Below, in pieces: positions 12,239 to 23,305 of a stretch of 64,000 nucleotides of DNA. The DNA is from Rebecca billardiae RCC1528. Taxonomy: Eukaryota; Protista; Haptophyta. Position 1 is the first letter of the stretch; each line of letters begins with the position of its first letter. The stretch spans positions 1,364,001 to 1,428,000 of the forward strand of contig OZ251230.1 in NCBI GenBank assembly GCA_965240325.2. The letters are read 5' to 3'. The translations under genes and the position numbers were made by a program. The notes beneath the pieces were generated by a model that was not told the DNA's origin, ran no database searches, and saw nothing but the letters and a program-made list of their open reading frames with translations.

Positions 12239-12908
12239 TCAGACATCTGCGCTTCGGACTCGCTCGCGCACCTTCTCCTCGAGCTCGAAGAGCTCGGGCT
12301 CGGCGCGCTCTGCGCCCATCTCGCGGAACGCATCGCACAGCCGGAAGAGGTATTCGGTGTTTGGCCCACTCGGGCCGTGCGCGGTCGCGATCGTGTGCGC
12401 GATGTCGTCGAGAGACGCCTCCCCGCCCCAGTTGGCACAGCTCGGAGTTCCCATGTAGGTGATCGCGGACGGCGCGAGCAGGCTACCGTCCTCGCCAAAC
12501 ACGTCCAGCTGCAGCCGACGATCGTACTGCTTCTCGCGGTGGTCCAGGTCCGCGAGAAGCTTCTCGCGTTCTCGCTCGTCCAGCCCTTCAGAGATGCGCG
12601 TGGCGACGCCCCAGACGCGCGCACCGGGCGAGGGGTCTTCGACGATACTGACTGTGCGGCCCGGGTAGTCGGGTGTGCCGCGATGATCGGTCGAGTGCAT
12701 CCACCACACCTGTGAGCACGCGAGGGGCGCGCACGTGCACTTGTCTCGCGTCAGCCAGTGCAAAGGCATGCGGCGGCCGCGGCGCACGCACCCGGCGGTA
12801 GCCTTCGATGTAGCCGGGCACGGTTGGCGTGCTCTCCGCGCCTTTCGGCGGCTTCCAGACGAGCGAGCCATAGCCGAAGACCCACACGGCCGGCGAAGTC
12901 GCCTTCAT
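12239..12908 (-). CDS. CHAC: Glutathione-specific gamma-glutamylcyclotransferase (ChaC family); intron 12710-12791
   Basis: VWVFGYGSLVWKP, GYIEGYRR|VWWMHSTDHRGTPDYPGR, LDHREK, GPSGPNTEYLFRL. The 82-nt GT...AG intron joins two ORF-track fragments in frame. Confidence 0.93.
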
Positions 12909-12988
12909 CCGGGACGACGACGACGACGCCGGTCGTGAGAATCGGCTCAGCGACGGAGCGACCCTCCCTGGAGGGAGCCGGCAATAAG

Positions 12989-14731
12989 ATGGCGGTCGGC
13001 GTCTGGCTCGCGACTGTCGCGCTGGCGATGCTGGCGGCTGCATCGCGCGAGGGCACGTTCGCGTGGCATAACGCATCGATCTACACGCTAGACGACGCGA
13101 GCCCGTACGCCTCCGCCCTATGCGCCGCTGATGGCTGGATCCGCGGGGTCGGCGACGCCTCGATTCTCGAATCGGCCGCATGCGCCCTCTCTCGTGGGCA
13201 CTCGGTGGACCTGCGCGGTGCGACAGTGGTACCAGGGCTAACGGATTCGCACGCGCACCTGATGGAAGAGGCAGCGCGCCTGACGCAGGCTGACCTCACG
13301 AGCGCGACCTCTGCGGAGGACATGGCGCAGCGCGCCGCCGCGTTTGCGCGCCACCTGCCAGCCCACAAGTGGGTGCAGGGCTTTGGCTGGGACCAGACGC
13401 GCTGGGCGAGCGGAGAGTTCCCCACGCGCTTCGACGTGGACGCCCTCATCCCCGACCGCCCTGCGTTCCTTATCCACATCAGCGGCCACGCCGCGCTGAT
13501 CAACTCGGCCGCTCTCGCGCGCATCTCACCCCTGCCAGAGCACGACCCGCCTGGCGGCCGCATCGAGCGCGACGCGAGCGGACGGCCGACGGGGATCCTC
13601 ACGGACAACGCGCAGAACCTGGCGCTCCGCGTGATCCCCAAGTGGTCCGACGCCGAGGCCCACGCGGCGCTCGGCAAGGTGCTCGCCGAGTGCGCGCGCC
13701 ACGGGCTGACTGGTGTACACGACCTCGCCGCGTACGCAGCCGACATCGAGCTGTACGCCCGGACCAACCTGACGCTGCGCGTGTACGCGATGCGGCGCGC
13801 AGACGAGGCCGCGCCCTCCGCACCGCACGTGCGCCGCGGGCTACTGACCGTGCGCGCCGTCAAGCTCTTCGCCGACGGCGCAATGGGCTCGTGGACCGCC
13901 GCGATGCTCGAGCCTTACGCGGACCGGCCGGGCGAGCGCGGCACGCTCGTCTACTCCGACGCAGCGCTCGAGGGGAACGTGAGCGCGTGGGCGGAGCGGG
14001 GGTACCAGGTATGCACGCACGCGATCGGCGACGCCGCCAACCGGCAGGTGCTCGGCGCGTACGAGCGCGTGCTACACGCGCGCCGCGCCGCGCGCGGGGG
14101 GGCGGACGCAGAGGATGGCCAAGCCTGTGAGGACGTGCGGTGGCGCGTTGAGCACGCGCAAATGCTCGCCCGCGCCGACGTTGGCCGATTCGCCGCACTG
14201 GGCGTCATACCCTCCATGCAGCCCTCGCACTGCGCCAGCGACCTCTCGTACGCCGAGCGTCGGCTGGGACCGGAGCGTGCCAAGCTCGCATACGCGTGGC
14301 GCTCGCTGCTGCAGAGCGGAGTCAAGCACATGCCGTTTGGCTCCGACTTCCCGACGGCGGGCACCGTGCCGCCACTGCTCGGGTTGCACGCAGCCGTGAC
14401 GCGGCAGCGCGCGGACGGTACCCCGGCGGCGGGGTGGCACCCTGAGCAGCGTGTGACGCGCCTGCAGGCGCTGCGCGGCTACACGACCGACGCCGCGTAC
14501 GCAAGCTTCCGCGAGGCGGAGCTCGGCCGCATCGCGCCCGGCTTCCGCGCAGACCTAACCGCCTTCGATCGCGACGTGCTCACGTGCCCCGCGGCAGACC
14601 TGCTCGTGACGCGTGTGCTTGCCACCGTCGTCGGTGGCAGGGTCGTCTTCTCACGGGGTCGTCGACCGAGCAGCTCGGATCGAGTCACTACGCGGCTGGA
14701 TGGCCGTTGCGGACGAGCCCAAGGTTGCTGA
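12989..14731 (+). CDS. Amidohydrolase 3 (YtcJ-like metal-dependent hydrolase) with N-terminal signal peptide
   Basis: VDLRGATVVPGLTDSHAHL (HxH), WVQGFGWDQ, VKLFADGAMGS, HAIGDAAN, WRVEHAQ, FGSDFP, GRIAPGFRADL; hydrophobic N-terminus from ATG 12989. Confidence 0.9.
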   Translation: MAVGVWLATVALAMLAAASREGTFAWHNASIYTLDDASPYASALCAADGWIRGVGDASILESAACALSRGHSVDLRGATVVPGLTDSHAHLMEEAARLTQADLTSATSAEDMAQRAAAFARHLPAHKWVQGFGWDQTRWASGEFPTRFDVDALIPDRPAFLIHISGHAALINSAALARISPLPEHDPPGGRIERDASGRPTGILTDNAQNLALRVIPKWSDAEAHAALGKVLAECARHGLTGVHDLAAYAADIELYARTNLTLRVYAMRRADEAAPSAPHVRRGLLTVRAVKLFADGAMGSWTAAMLEPYADRPGERGTLVYSDAALEGNVSAWAERGYQVCTHAIGDAANRQVLGAYERVLHARRAARGGADAEDGQACEDVRWRVEHAQMLARADVGRFAALGVIPSMQPSHCASDLSYAERRLGPERAKLAYAWRSLLQSGVKHMPFGSDFPTAGTVPPLLGLHAAVTRQRADGTPAAGWHPEQRVTRLQALRGYTTDAAYASFREAELGRIAPGFRADLTAFDRDVLTCPAADLLVTRVLATVVGGRVVFSRGRRPSSSDRVTTRLDGRCGRAQGC

Positions 14732-14949
14732 TATATATATAATATGACCGCGTTCCGCGGTCCTTTTCCGTAGAACGAACGTAGTTCGGGGCCCGCGGTG
14801 GCGGTGCACCCTCCGTCGCAGTCGTCCCGTACACGTGTAACTAGACTCCATCCAGCGCCGCGCCGCCCAGCGCCGCGCCGCCGCCGGCGTGCGCCGAGTG
14901 TGGACTGTCGGTCGTCGGCCGAGCTGCCCTCATCACAGACGGCCCTTAC

Positions 14950-15500
14950 CTGACCCCCTGCGCGTGCGCGACGGCCGACAGGCGGATGCGACTCGGCGTG
15001 ATCGACGCACGAGCGCGACTCTTGCACGCCAGGCCACCGGCGGAGCTGACTGACAGCCAGGGAGCCGGACGGCGCGGGACCGCGCGGATTCGACCGTTCG
15101 TTCGGGCCTGCCGCTGACCGTCGTCGCCGCGACGCCAGCAGCGCAGGAGTAGATGATCTGCAGGTCAGTAGGGTTCGACCTGCGCGCCTGCGCGACGGCC
15201 GACAGGCGGGCGCGAGGCGTGAGCGACGCATGAGCGCGACTCTACGTGCACACCAGGCACCACGCGGCCGAGCTGACTGACCGCGAGCCAGGGAGCACGG
15301 TGCGAGCAGCCATGCAGCACCGGTGCTTGCGCGCGCCGCGCGTGCACGGGGTGACACACCTCGGTCAGGCTCGGCACGCGTCGCAGAGGCACGGCCAGCT
15401 CTGGGCACGCCAGGCGCCCAGGCCACGCGGAGCTGACAGCCACGGGGAGCCGACGGCGCGCGGGGCCGCGGCCAGTTCCGAGTTCGACTTGCGCCTGCTC
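14950..15500. repeat. Degenerate tandem repeat, about 3 partial copies with ~200-bp period
   Basis: Recurring blocks ctgcgcg..cgacggccgacaggcgg, gagcgcgactct, ccaggc..gagctgac..gggagc near 14960, 15180 and 15410. Confidence 0.65.
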
Positions 15501-15671
15501 TGAAGAAGAGTTCTGGGAGACCCTGGCGGAGAGGCATGGCAAGGGGGGCGTGTGGTGAAGTCGGAGACTCAGAGATCGATCAGTCCGGCATCATGCGCCG
15601 CTGCCCCCGAGCTTGCGAGAGCCCGAACACAGGGCGGCGGCTGCGGCGGCGGCGGCCCGCGCGGCGGCACG

Positions 15672-15828
15672 GCCGCGCGGCCGGCCGCGCAGGCATCGAC
15701 AGGGCGCGGCAGGGGCGTGCGGAGTGACTAGTGAGCGGGCACGAACGCGATGTCGACGGCCGTCGGGACCCGCCGCAGACGCGCGCTCCAGGCGCCACTC
15801 GGCACTCGCCACGCGCACCTGCCCATCG
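15672..15828 (-). repeat. Dispersed repeat; inverted homolog of 61123-61263
   Basis: Shared cgatgggcaggtgcgc...gcgggtcccgac.gccgtcgacatcgcgttcgtgccc...gtcgatgcctgcgcg; both copies translate to [12 protein letters not shown] in the ORF track. Confidence 0.8.
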
Positions 15829-16167
15829 AGCGCCCCCTTGCGGACCAACCAAGAGTCGTCGCGGCTCGCTCGCCACCCCCGAACGAAGAAACCTGCACAC
15901 GTCGTCCTTGCGACGGCGGCAGGTTTTGAGCTCGCCCGCAGCTCGGTAAGTCAGTGACTATGGAATGGGCTGGCAACGAATAGCTGCGCGGGTATTTTCA
16001 ATACTAAGGCTTGCGGGTTTTAGACTCTAGAATCTCTAGATACCGCAACCGCCGCGAAGCCAAGTTCATATTCATCAAGGCGGAGGCAAACTAAAAGAGT
16101 CCGGTCATACGCGACCCGCTTCCTCTGCAATCCCAGCTTTCGGCATACGCGGGTACTACGATACATT

Positions 16168-16514
16168 ATGGCCCGCGGTGAAGATAAATACGATGAGAGT
16201 CGTTGCGGCGGCGAGGCCATATTTATTTATTACTATGGTCACACATGAACGAGAGGCTACCCACAATTACCCTGCCTGGCGCACTTGGGCGTGGGTTTCG
16301 TTGATTCCTCTGTTCACTATTCAAGACGGCGGACGCGCCCTTTTTCGACGCTAATGCACCTGTAAGGGAGTCTCAAAATCGAAACTCGGTCTCCTCCAGC
16401 CCTAAAAAATCGCCCCCCGTCCCTTTTTTCTTGATCAAAGATCTTTTTGAAACGTGGTTCGGGCCCGCTGGTGCGGGCTCCACGCTGCGCGCTCCGCCCT
16501 GCACCGCGGGCCAT
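16168..16514. mobile_element. MITE-like non-autonomous DNA transposon (~345 bp) with GGCCCGCGGTG TIRs flanked by AT
   Basis: atggcccgcggtg (16168-16180) and caccgcgggccat (16502-16514) are perfect inverted repeats around an AT-rich interior; about 145 bp of one end recurs inverted at 60549-60695. Confidence 0.65.
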
Positions 16515-17332
16515 CATTGGTAGTAGATCAAGATGAGAGACGGAGAGAGTAGAGAGAGTCATCGTCGTCTGTGTACTGTCTACTGAACGCGTATTTATTA
16601 TTGAAGTTCAGCGCTACTAGCTGTAGGCAGTCTGTGGATGAGGCCTGGACCGCCCGCCCCTGTCTGTCGTCATTAAACTACTACTGCTCGTCGTCGAGCA
16701 TCATTTGACATATCAACGCTATATCATCATCATCATCACAATGTATATATATATCGTCGCGCATCATCCGTGGTCGGAATCCGTGACAAGTCCGCGCATG
16801 CATCGATGATGATGCATAAAGGCCGCGGTGTACCATCAACGCTTATTATTGAATCTACTAGCTTACAGACGAATACTACTACTGCTACTACTACTACTAC
16901 TACAGTAACTTGAGCTTGATGATATGCTCGATGAATGATGATCACTTCCGACTTCGCCCGCGAGTGCCGGCCGGCCGGGCACCGCCCGGCGGGCACGCGT
17001 CGACGCCAGACGACACCGCCATCAAGACGGTGCGTCGTCGGGCTTCGTCCGCTCTGAGGCGAACTGCCTACTGATATATTGCCCGCCGCTGGACTAACTA
17101 GCTACTAGTAGTAGTGACTACTACTACTGCAAGGACTACTGAAGGAGGGGGGACGACGGCGAGGAGCGCTGATGACGATGATATGATATGATCCGCTTGT
17201 CGCTAGATTGGCTGAGACTGACCGATCCATTGAGTGCAGCTCTATTGAGTACTGACAGCGACGCCTCACCGTTGCATGCCAGCCATGCCTCAACGACTAC
17301 GTTATCCCCTTACCGCAGTTCACTTTGCTTCG

Positions 17333-17518
17333 TATGGAAGCAAAGTTGACGGCGTCCGCTGAGGGCGCCCTGCGGCCAGTCAGGGCGCCTTTGGGCGCTG
17401 AACGCCGCATGACACTGTGCAGGCATGGTCTAGCTACCCTCAGACACCCGCCAGACTGGTCCCTCCAGCTACAATGCCTCCACGATGGCATCCCGCGGCA
17501 GCGCGCCGAGCTGCCGTA
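17333..17518 (+). repeat. Dispersed ~185-bp repeat; direct copy at 24576-24754
   Basis: tatggaag.aaagttgacggcg.ccgctga...gctaccctcagaca...tccctccagctaca...gcctccacgatggcatc.cgcggcagcg.gccgagctgccgta is present in both. Confidence 0.8.
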
Positions 17519-18311
17519 CGGGCGTGTCGTGCCCGCCAGGCTGGCCGTGTGCCCGCGACACCCGGCTGCACGCCTTGCAGCTGCTTCAGGCAGGTAGGCG
17601 ATCGGTCGAGATGGCTGTAGGCGGTGTACGTACTGCACGCGCTGGTCTGCGCGCGTTCACCTGACTCGTCGCGCTGAACTCACTCACCTGCCAGTCGCGC
17701 GTGACACGCTTGGCGGCTTGCCGCACGCAGCAGCCGCAGGCCGCGCGCGCGGCGTGATTGCCGAGTGCAAGTCAGCCAGGAGCTCGGCGGGATGGGCGGT
17801 CATGTTTCTTCGTCTGTTTCGGTGTCGATCACATGCGCGACGCGCGCGCCCCGCTGCGCAAGTACACCCTCCTCATTGCCGACGTCACACAGGAAGCCGC
17901 ATGATGGATCTCGAGCTCGGAGAGCAGCGTCCGAGCACCACAGGCACTGACTGGCAGCCCGAGAGCCGACCGGCGGGTGACGTCCTTCACCCCGCCTGAT
18001 GCGGTACCGCGTGCGGCACCATACCGCAGCGATACGAGCACCTCAGAGGCGAATTGAGCACCCCTCAAAACTTTGCTTCTGGGCGTGCTCGAACACTCGT
18101 TTGGCACTCCGTTTGGACGCCGTGGCACCGGAGAAGGGGGAGGGCGGCGGCGATGAGGCTCGGGTGGCCCACGAACATGCTCACAAAGATGCCTCTCAGC
18201 CATCGCGCGCCCTCTCGCGGCGTCCACCTGCCCGCCGAGCACGCACCCGCGGGGGCGAACCCATCTTTGCTTCGTACAGAAGCAACCTGCGGTCGGAGGG
18301 GATAGTACCCC

Positions 18312-19426
18312 CAAGGGTGTCCAGGGTCCGCAACAGCCAGTGCGCAGCGCGGCAGAGGCTGTGACATCGCGAGGTCGCCGCTCGCCAGTGGGACTCGCCC
18401 GCCCGCCGCCGTGCACGGTGGCCGAGCCGCTCGCGCCGTGCGCTCCTGCGGCCGTCGGATCGGGCTGCGTAGGCGGCGCGCGGCGTGGGCCGTCGCAGAG
18501 CCACCCAGCGCCCCTCGCTGCGCCGCGCGCCTTCCTCGTCCTCGCCTCCTCCGCGCCTTGAAGCAGCACGCACACGCGCGGCGCCGCCACAAAAGCAGCG
18601 CAGGCGCTCGCGTGCAAGCGTGCGCGCGCGCAGCGCGACGGGCTCGACTCGGGGCTCGCGCCGCTGCGGGGGCATGCAGCACCATCCCATGCGCGCGCGA
18701 CGCCACCTCGAGCCTGCGCGTTTGACCGTCAGTGCACGCTGATGCACGTTACAAAATGGTCTGACTTGGCATCATCACACGTGCGACGGAAGCTTCCACA
18801 ACGGGCCTTGAGGGCGTCGACGCGATCGATGCGGAGACGGTCATGCTTGCGTGCGCTTCTCTTGTGGTCTCCACGCGTGCTGAGAAGCGCCGCGTACGTA
18901 GCTGTCATCGTGTCTTGCCTAAGAAGTTGTCCTGACGCATGGCAGGTTCTGGTCAGATTGGGCCTACTTCAACACGAGGACGTGTGAGCATTTGGCGCGT
19001 GACGGTCACAGCGATGCGCAGGCTCGAGGTGGCGTCGCGCGCGCATGGGATGGTGCTGCATGCCCCCGCAGCGGCGCGAGCCCCGAGTCGAGCCCGTCGC
19101 GCTGCGCGCGCGCACGCTTGCACGCGAGCGCCTGCGCTGCTTTTGTGGCGGCGCCGCGCGTGTGCGTGCTGCTTCAAGGCGCGGAGGAGGCGAGGACGAG
19201 GAAGGCGCGCGGCGCAGCGAGGGGCGCTGGGTGGCTCTGCGACGGCCCACGCCGCGCGCCGCCTACGCAGCCCGATCCGACGGCCGCAGGAGCGCACGGC
19301 GCGAGCGGCTCGGCCACCGTGCACGGCGGCGGGCGGGCGAGTCCCACTGGCGAGCGGCGACCTCGCGATGTCACAGCCTCTGCCGCGCTGCGCACTGGCT
19401 GTTATTGCGGACCCTGGACACCCTTG
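18312..19426. mobile_element. Foldback DNA transposon A (1115 bp): TIRs 18312-18719 and 19016-19426, 7-bp TSD GTACCCC
   Basis: The arms are reverse complements, apparently differing only by a 3-nt indel. Termini are CAAGGG...CCCTTG. gtacccc occurs at 18305-18311 and 19427-19433. No transposase ORF. Confidence 0.92.
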
Positions 19427-21203
19427 GTACCCCGGAACGCCGCAGATCAAAAGGCGGGAACCGGACATGTCGTTGGTCGGCCGGCCGGCGATGGCGGTAC
19501 GCGCTGCCGGCTGCCCTCGCGTGTTCGATCGGCTTCTTCAACATCCGCGGCGCACGTCTGCGCCGATGGGTCCGGCGCTCACGCGCGAGCGCGAGGCACC
19601 GAGTGCATCGACGCTTGCCGGGAACTCTGGCAAGAGCCCGAGCAGTGGCCGCGCGATCCCTCACGACGACGGCTCGCATGATGGCTCAGAGGAGGAGCCG
19701 AACGTCGGCTACCAGCCATATTCGCTGCAGGTCGAGGTCGGAGTCGGAGGGCGTGGACGGCGAGAACGGCGCCTCACGGGACGCCATCGCCCGCCAGGTA
19801 TGGCAGTGTGGGGAATGCGACGACAGGCAGGGCCCTGGCGCGGGCATGTACGCGCAGCTGGTGCAACGCGGAGCGCAACCAGGGCGGTAGAGGCTTTGGG
19901 CTGCACAGCTACCCCCAGCTGTCGCTCGGCTTCAAGCTGCGCAACCGCGGGCTCAATGCAGCAGCAGGGGCGCTGCCGCTGTAGCGGCGACTCGAGGGCG
20001 CGGTGCCCGGGTTCGTGCCGAAGAAGGGCGACCACATATCAGCATGCAGCCCTTCCGGCACGCGGTGGAGACAGTACGCGCACCTGCTGCGCGGGCGGCC
20101 GCACGAGGTTGACGCGGCACCGGCCGCGCGGGTCTCCGGGTACAAGGAGCTGCACACACGGGCGGCCGCGGCCCGGGCAACACGAGGCGCGGGTGCGTCG
20201 GAAGCGGCGCGCGCGCCTGCAAGCGCTTCGAGCCATTCTGGTCACACGCGCGGCAGCACCGCATGCCCCAGCCGCAGCTGCCGCCGCCGTCGGAGGAGCC
20301 AATCGTGACTTGTGGAGTCTAATCATTCCCGCCAAATCCCGAGCTTGCACCTGCGAGCGCGCCTGCTGCAGCACCCGCCGCCACGGCGCCCGCTGCTGCC
20401 CACGGTGCGCCTCGTGGCCGCGGCGCGCAACGGTCACTCAGCCTCGGCGCACGCGCCGACGGGCAGGGCGGCCCGGCTGCGCGCGCGGCAGTAGGCAGCC
20501 CACCGCGGGGGGCGAAGCGCACGCGCCACGCGGAGAGCAACTCGCCACTGTGGCAGCTATCACTATCGAGCCCGGAGCACCGGCGTAAGCGCCGCCAATC
20601 AGAGCCGCCGCTCGTGCTCAATCGCTTGGCAGAGGCGTCAGACGCGTCACCGAGCAAGCGGGCACGACCCGCGCCCCGTCGTGCGTCGCTGCCTGCCGCC
20701 TAGCCTCAGAGGCGGTCAGTATCGGCCGCGCGCGAGGCAAGCGGGGCCAGCGGGGCGTTAGACGCGCGCATAGCCTTCGTCCCGCGTGATGCAGCCGTTG
20801 GCTAGCTTTCAGATGGCCGCGGCCCTGGCAGACGAGCCTCTTCTTAGCCCACACGGCCAGCCTCGCGAGTAGCACCGCTCGTGCGACGTCGCGCCCGCGG
20901 GCTCCTCAGAGGGTAGCTCGACGGCGAGCCTCGCGCTCGCTCGGCATCGCCATTCTTAGCATGCCCGCCGGTTGGGCCGCCCAGAGCACTCACGTGGCCC
21001 GACGGCACGCGCCGTGTACACCTTAAGAACGCCCATATATGGCCGTAACCGTTATGTGACGAAACTGTAACTACCAATACTACCATGTAACTCCGCGGCG
21101 GCGTTCCGGGATACGATGGCGGTCGTATAATACGTACGTCGGTCACTCACGATCGGAATGACGACTCTGCTGAGTCTGCTCGGAATGACGATGACTGCTC
21201 TGA

Positions 21204-23186
21204 CTAATCATCGGCGTCGTCATCATCATCATTGTCGTCGTCGTCAGAATCCATTGATGACAGCTCGGCGGGTGAGCCGCCAGCCGCCGCCGCCGCCGCC
21301 GCCGCTTGCTGCTGCGCTTGCTCGAACGGGTGCGGGGCCATCATCTGGTGCCCGCCCATCATCTCGTCGGCATCTGCTTCCTCGACAGCGCGAAGCACTC
21401 GGCCGAGCCAGAAGCTCAGGTGGCCACCAGCGAGGCAGAAGTCCAGCGGGCGCAGCGTGCCCCGGCCGATCTCCAACTGAATATCGCCCCGCGCGGAGCG
21501 CCACTCCTGCCTGAGCTCGTCGGCGAGCTTGCGAATATCGGCGCCCTCCCGCAAGGTCTGCACGTGCTCCAACCGGCGCAGGATGTACTCGGGCTCGGCG
21601 CGCTCGGCCATGGTCGTGGCGCCGACGACCTCAGGCTGTGCGTGACCGATCATGTCGTAGGCGAGGGCAGTGGCGGCACGCCCGCGCTCGCCGATCGGCG
21701 CCGTCTCGTCCGTGACGAGCAAGCAGAGCGCCTTGGCCGCATTCGAGAGGTACACGCTCGGCTCGAAAGGGTGGTTCAGGTTGCCGCGGGCAACGTCGCC
21801 TTCCTTGAACGTGAATGATCCGAGGCCCAGCGCGTCGAGGGTGTCCATGCATGGGTACAGCAGGCCGCGCGAGTGGGCGAAGGTTTCGAACCACCCGAGC
21901 GCGTCAGCGGCGGCGCCTGTCGCCCACTGCGTGGCCTGCCCGGAGAGAGCGGCGTTCAGCGCGGCACGCTCGCATGGGGGGTAGTCCAATTCCGCCACGC
22001 CAGCGTGCAAACACAGCACGAGCGCCCGCAGCCCTCCGTGCAGGGATATCGCGCGGCTGCAGAACGCCATCATCACTGCCTCACTGGTGTCGGCATCGCC
22101 GCCGTCCTCGCCGTCGCCAGCGACGCTGCCAGCGCCGGAAGTGAGAGCGACGAACTGACGAAGCGTTGGAGGCACGTGCTCGAACAGCCCGACCAGCCGG
22201 CAGGCCAGGCAGCCGAGCGCTTGTGCAGCGACCATGCGCTCGGCGCCGCCCTCTCCCGTTGGGCCACACACCTGGCTCAGCATGCGGCATGCTAAGCACG
22301 CCACGTCCACGTCGAGCACCTCCTCGTCGAATGCGACCATGCGTGGATGTGCTTGGCCGCCGCCATCCGCAGCAGCAGGCGAAGCGGCTGGAGCAGGGGC
22401 GCCTGCATCCGCGGGTAGGGCCATCGGAGCCGCGCAGTACTCGCACACAGGAAGTAGCCGCCCCGCGCGCAGGCGGCCACAGCCGCGATCTGCTTCGTTC
22501 TCGGCCTCATCGTGCGCGGGTGCATGCGCTTCCCCAGCACCCTCCGAGCCCGAGGCCTCCTCCTCCGCCGCCGCCGCTTCTTCCTCCTGCTGATGCTCCG
22601 CGCCCTGCTCCTCCGCCGCCTCGCGGAGCATGAGCGAGCGGAAGGAGCCCGTGAACACGACGCACGCCCGGAAGAATTTCTCCTCGATCGGCAGCGCGGA
22701 ACGCAGCTGGCGCGGCGCCTCGCGCTGCTCCTCGCCAGTCTCTGCGTTGCTCTCGTCGGGCACCGGCGCTTGCGCAGCCGCCGCCGCTCGCATCACCACG
22801 AGCTGGTGTGCTCGTTCGGTGGCCACCTCCCGGAGGGCTGCGAGAGCGTCTCGCAGCGTGACCCTGGTCGCGGTGTGGTGCAGCATCTCGATTCGCTCCG
22901 TGACGATGGTCCGCGGCCACGGCGACGAATGGCACGCGTGGTTGACACAGGTGAATGCAACGACGGGCATCATGTCGCTCAGCTCGATAGCACCCCCCTC
23001 GGTGGGAATTGGCAGGTGGTGAAGGATGGCGGCCACAAGGTCCGGAGTCGTGAAGACGGCTTGTGCGGGGCTGTCGGCCGCAATCTCGCGCGCAGCGAGA
23101 GTCCCGAGAGCGCTCGCCGAGCCGCCAGCGCGACTGGCGTCGCTCGGGCTGTCTGCAGCCGACGAGCGAGCAGAGGAGAGCAGCAT
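21204..23186 (-). CDS. Hypothetical protein with F-box-like N-terminal motif, helical/ARM-like body and acidic C-terminus
   Basis: Long coding-like ORF; AVFTTPDLVAAILHHLP resembles an F-box start; CEYC and CLAC motifs; DDDD tail. ATG 23186 was chosen because the upstream extension runs into foldback B. Confidence 0.6.
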   Translation of the reverse strand: MLLSSARSSAADSPSDASRAGGSASALGTLAAREIAADSPAQAVFTTPDLVAAILHHLPIPTEGGAIELSDMMPVVAFTCVNHACHSSPWPRTIVTERIEMLHHTATRVTLRDALAALREVATERAHQLVVMRAAAAAQAPVPDESNAETGEEQREAPRQLRSALPIEEKFFRACVVFTGSFRSLMLREAAEEQGAEHQQEEEAAAAEEEASGSEGAGEAHAPAHDEAENEADRGCGRLRAGRLLPVCEYCAAPMALPADAGAPAPAASPAAADGGGQAHPRMVAFDEEVLDVDVACLACRMLSQVCGPTGEGGAERMVAAQALGCLACRLVGLFEHVPPTLRQFVALTSGAGSVAGDGEDGGDADTSEAVMMAFCSRAISLHGGLRALVLCLHAGVAELDYPPCERAALNAALSGQATQWATGAAADALGWFETFAHSRGLLYPCMDTLDALGLGSFTFKEGDVARGNLNHPFEPSVYLSNAAKALCLLVTDETAPIGERGRAATALAYDMIGHAQPEVVGATTMAERAEPEYILRRLEHVQTLREGADIRKLADELRQEWRSARGDIQLEIGRGTLRPLDFCLAGGHLSFWLGRVLRAVEEADADEMMGGHQMMAPHPFEQAQQQAAAAAAAAGGSPAELSSMDSDDDDNDDDDDADD

Positions 23187-23305
23187 CGGGTTCGCAGGGG
23201 CGACCGTGGCAGCGCCCCGCCGCCCCGGCCGGGGCTCATCTAAGGTTCCAGAATCCACATCGAGCCCCCGACGACCTCGGCACGGGATCAACCTCGAAGT
23301 CGAGG

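Noticed and set aside
15540-15840. caaggggggcg...cgcccccttg as another CAAGGG element
   Set aside because: Only about 10 bp of inverted match and no 7-bp TSD (ggcatgg vs cggacca).
17829-20588. Mirror-image ORFs around foldback A as a transposase or toxin-antitoxin pair
   Set aside because: They are translations of the inverted arms, with no DDE or other recognisable motifs.
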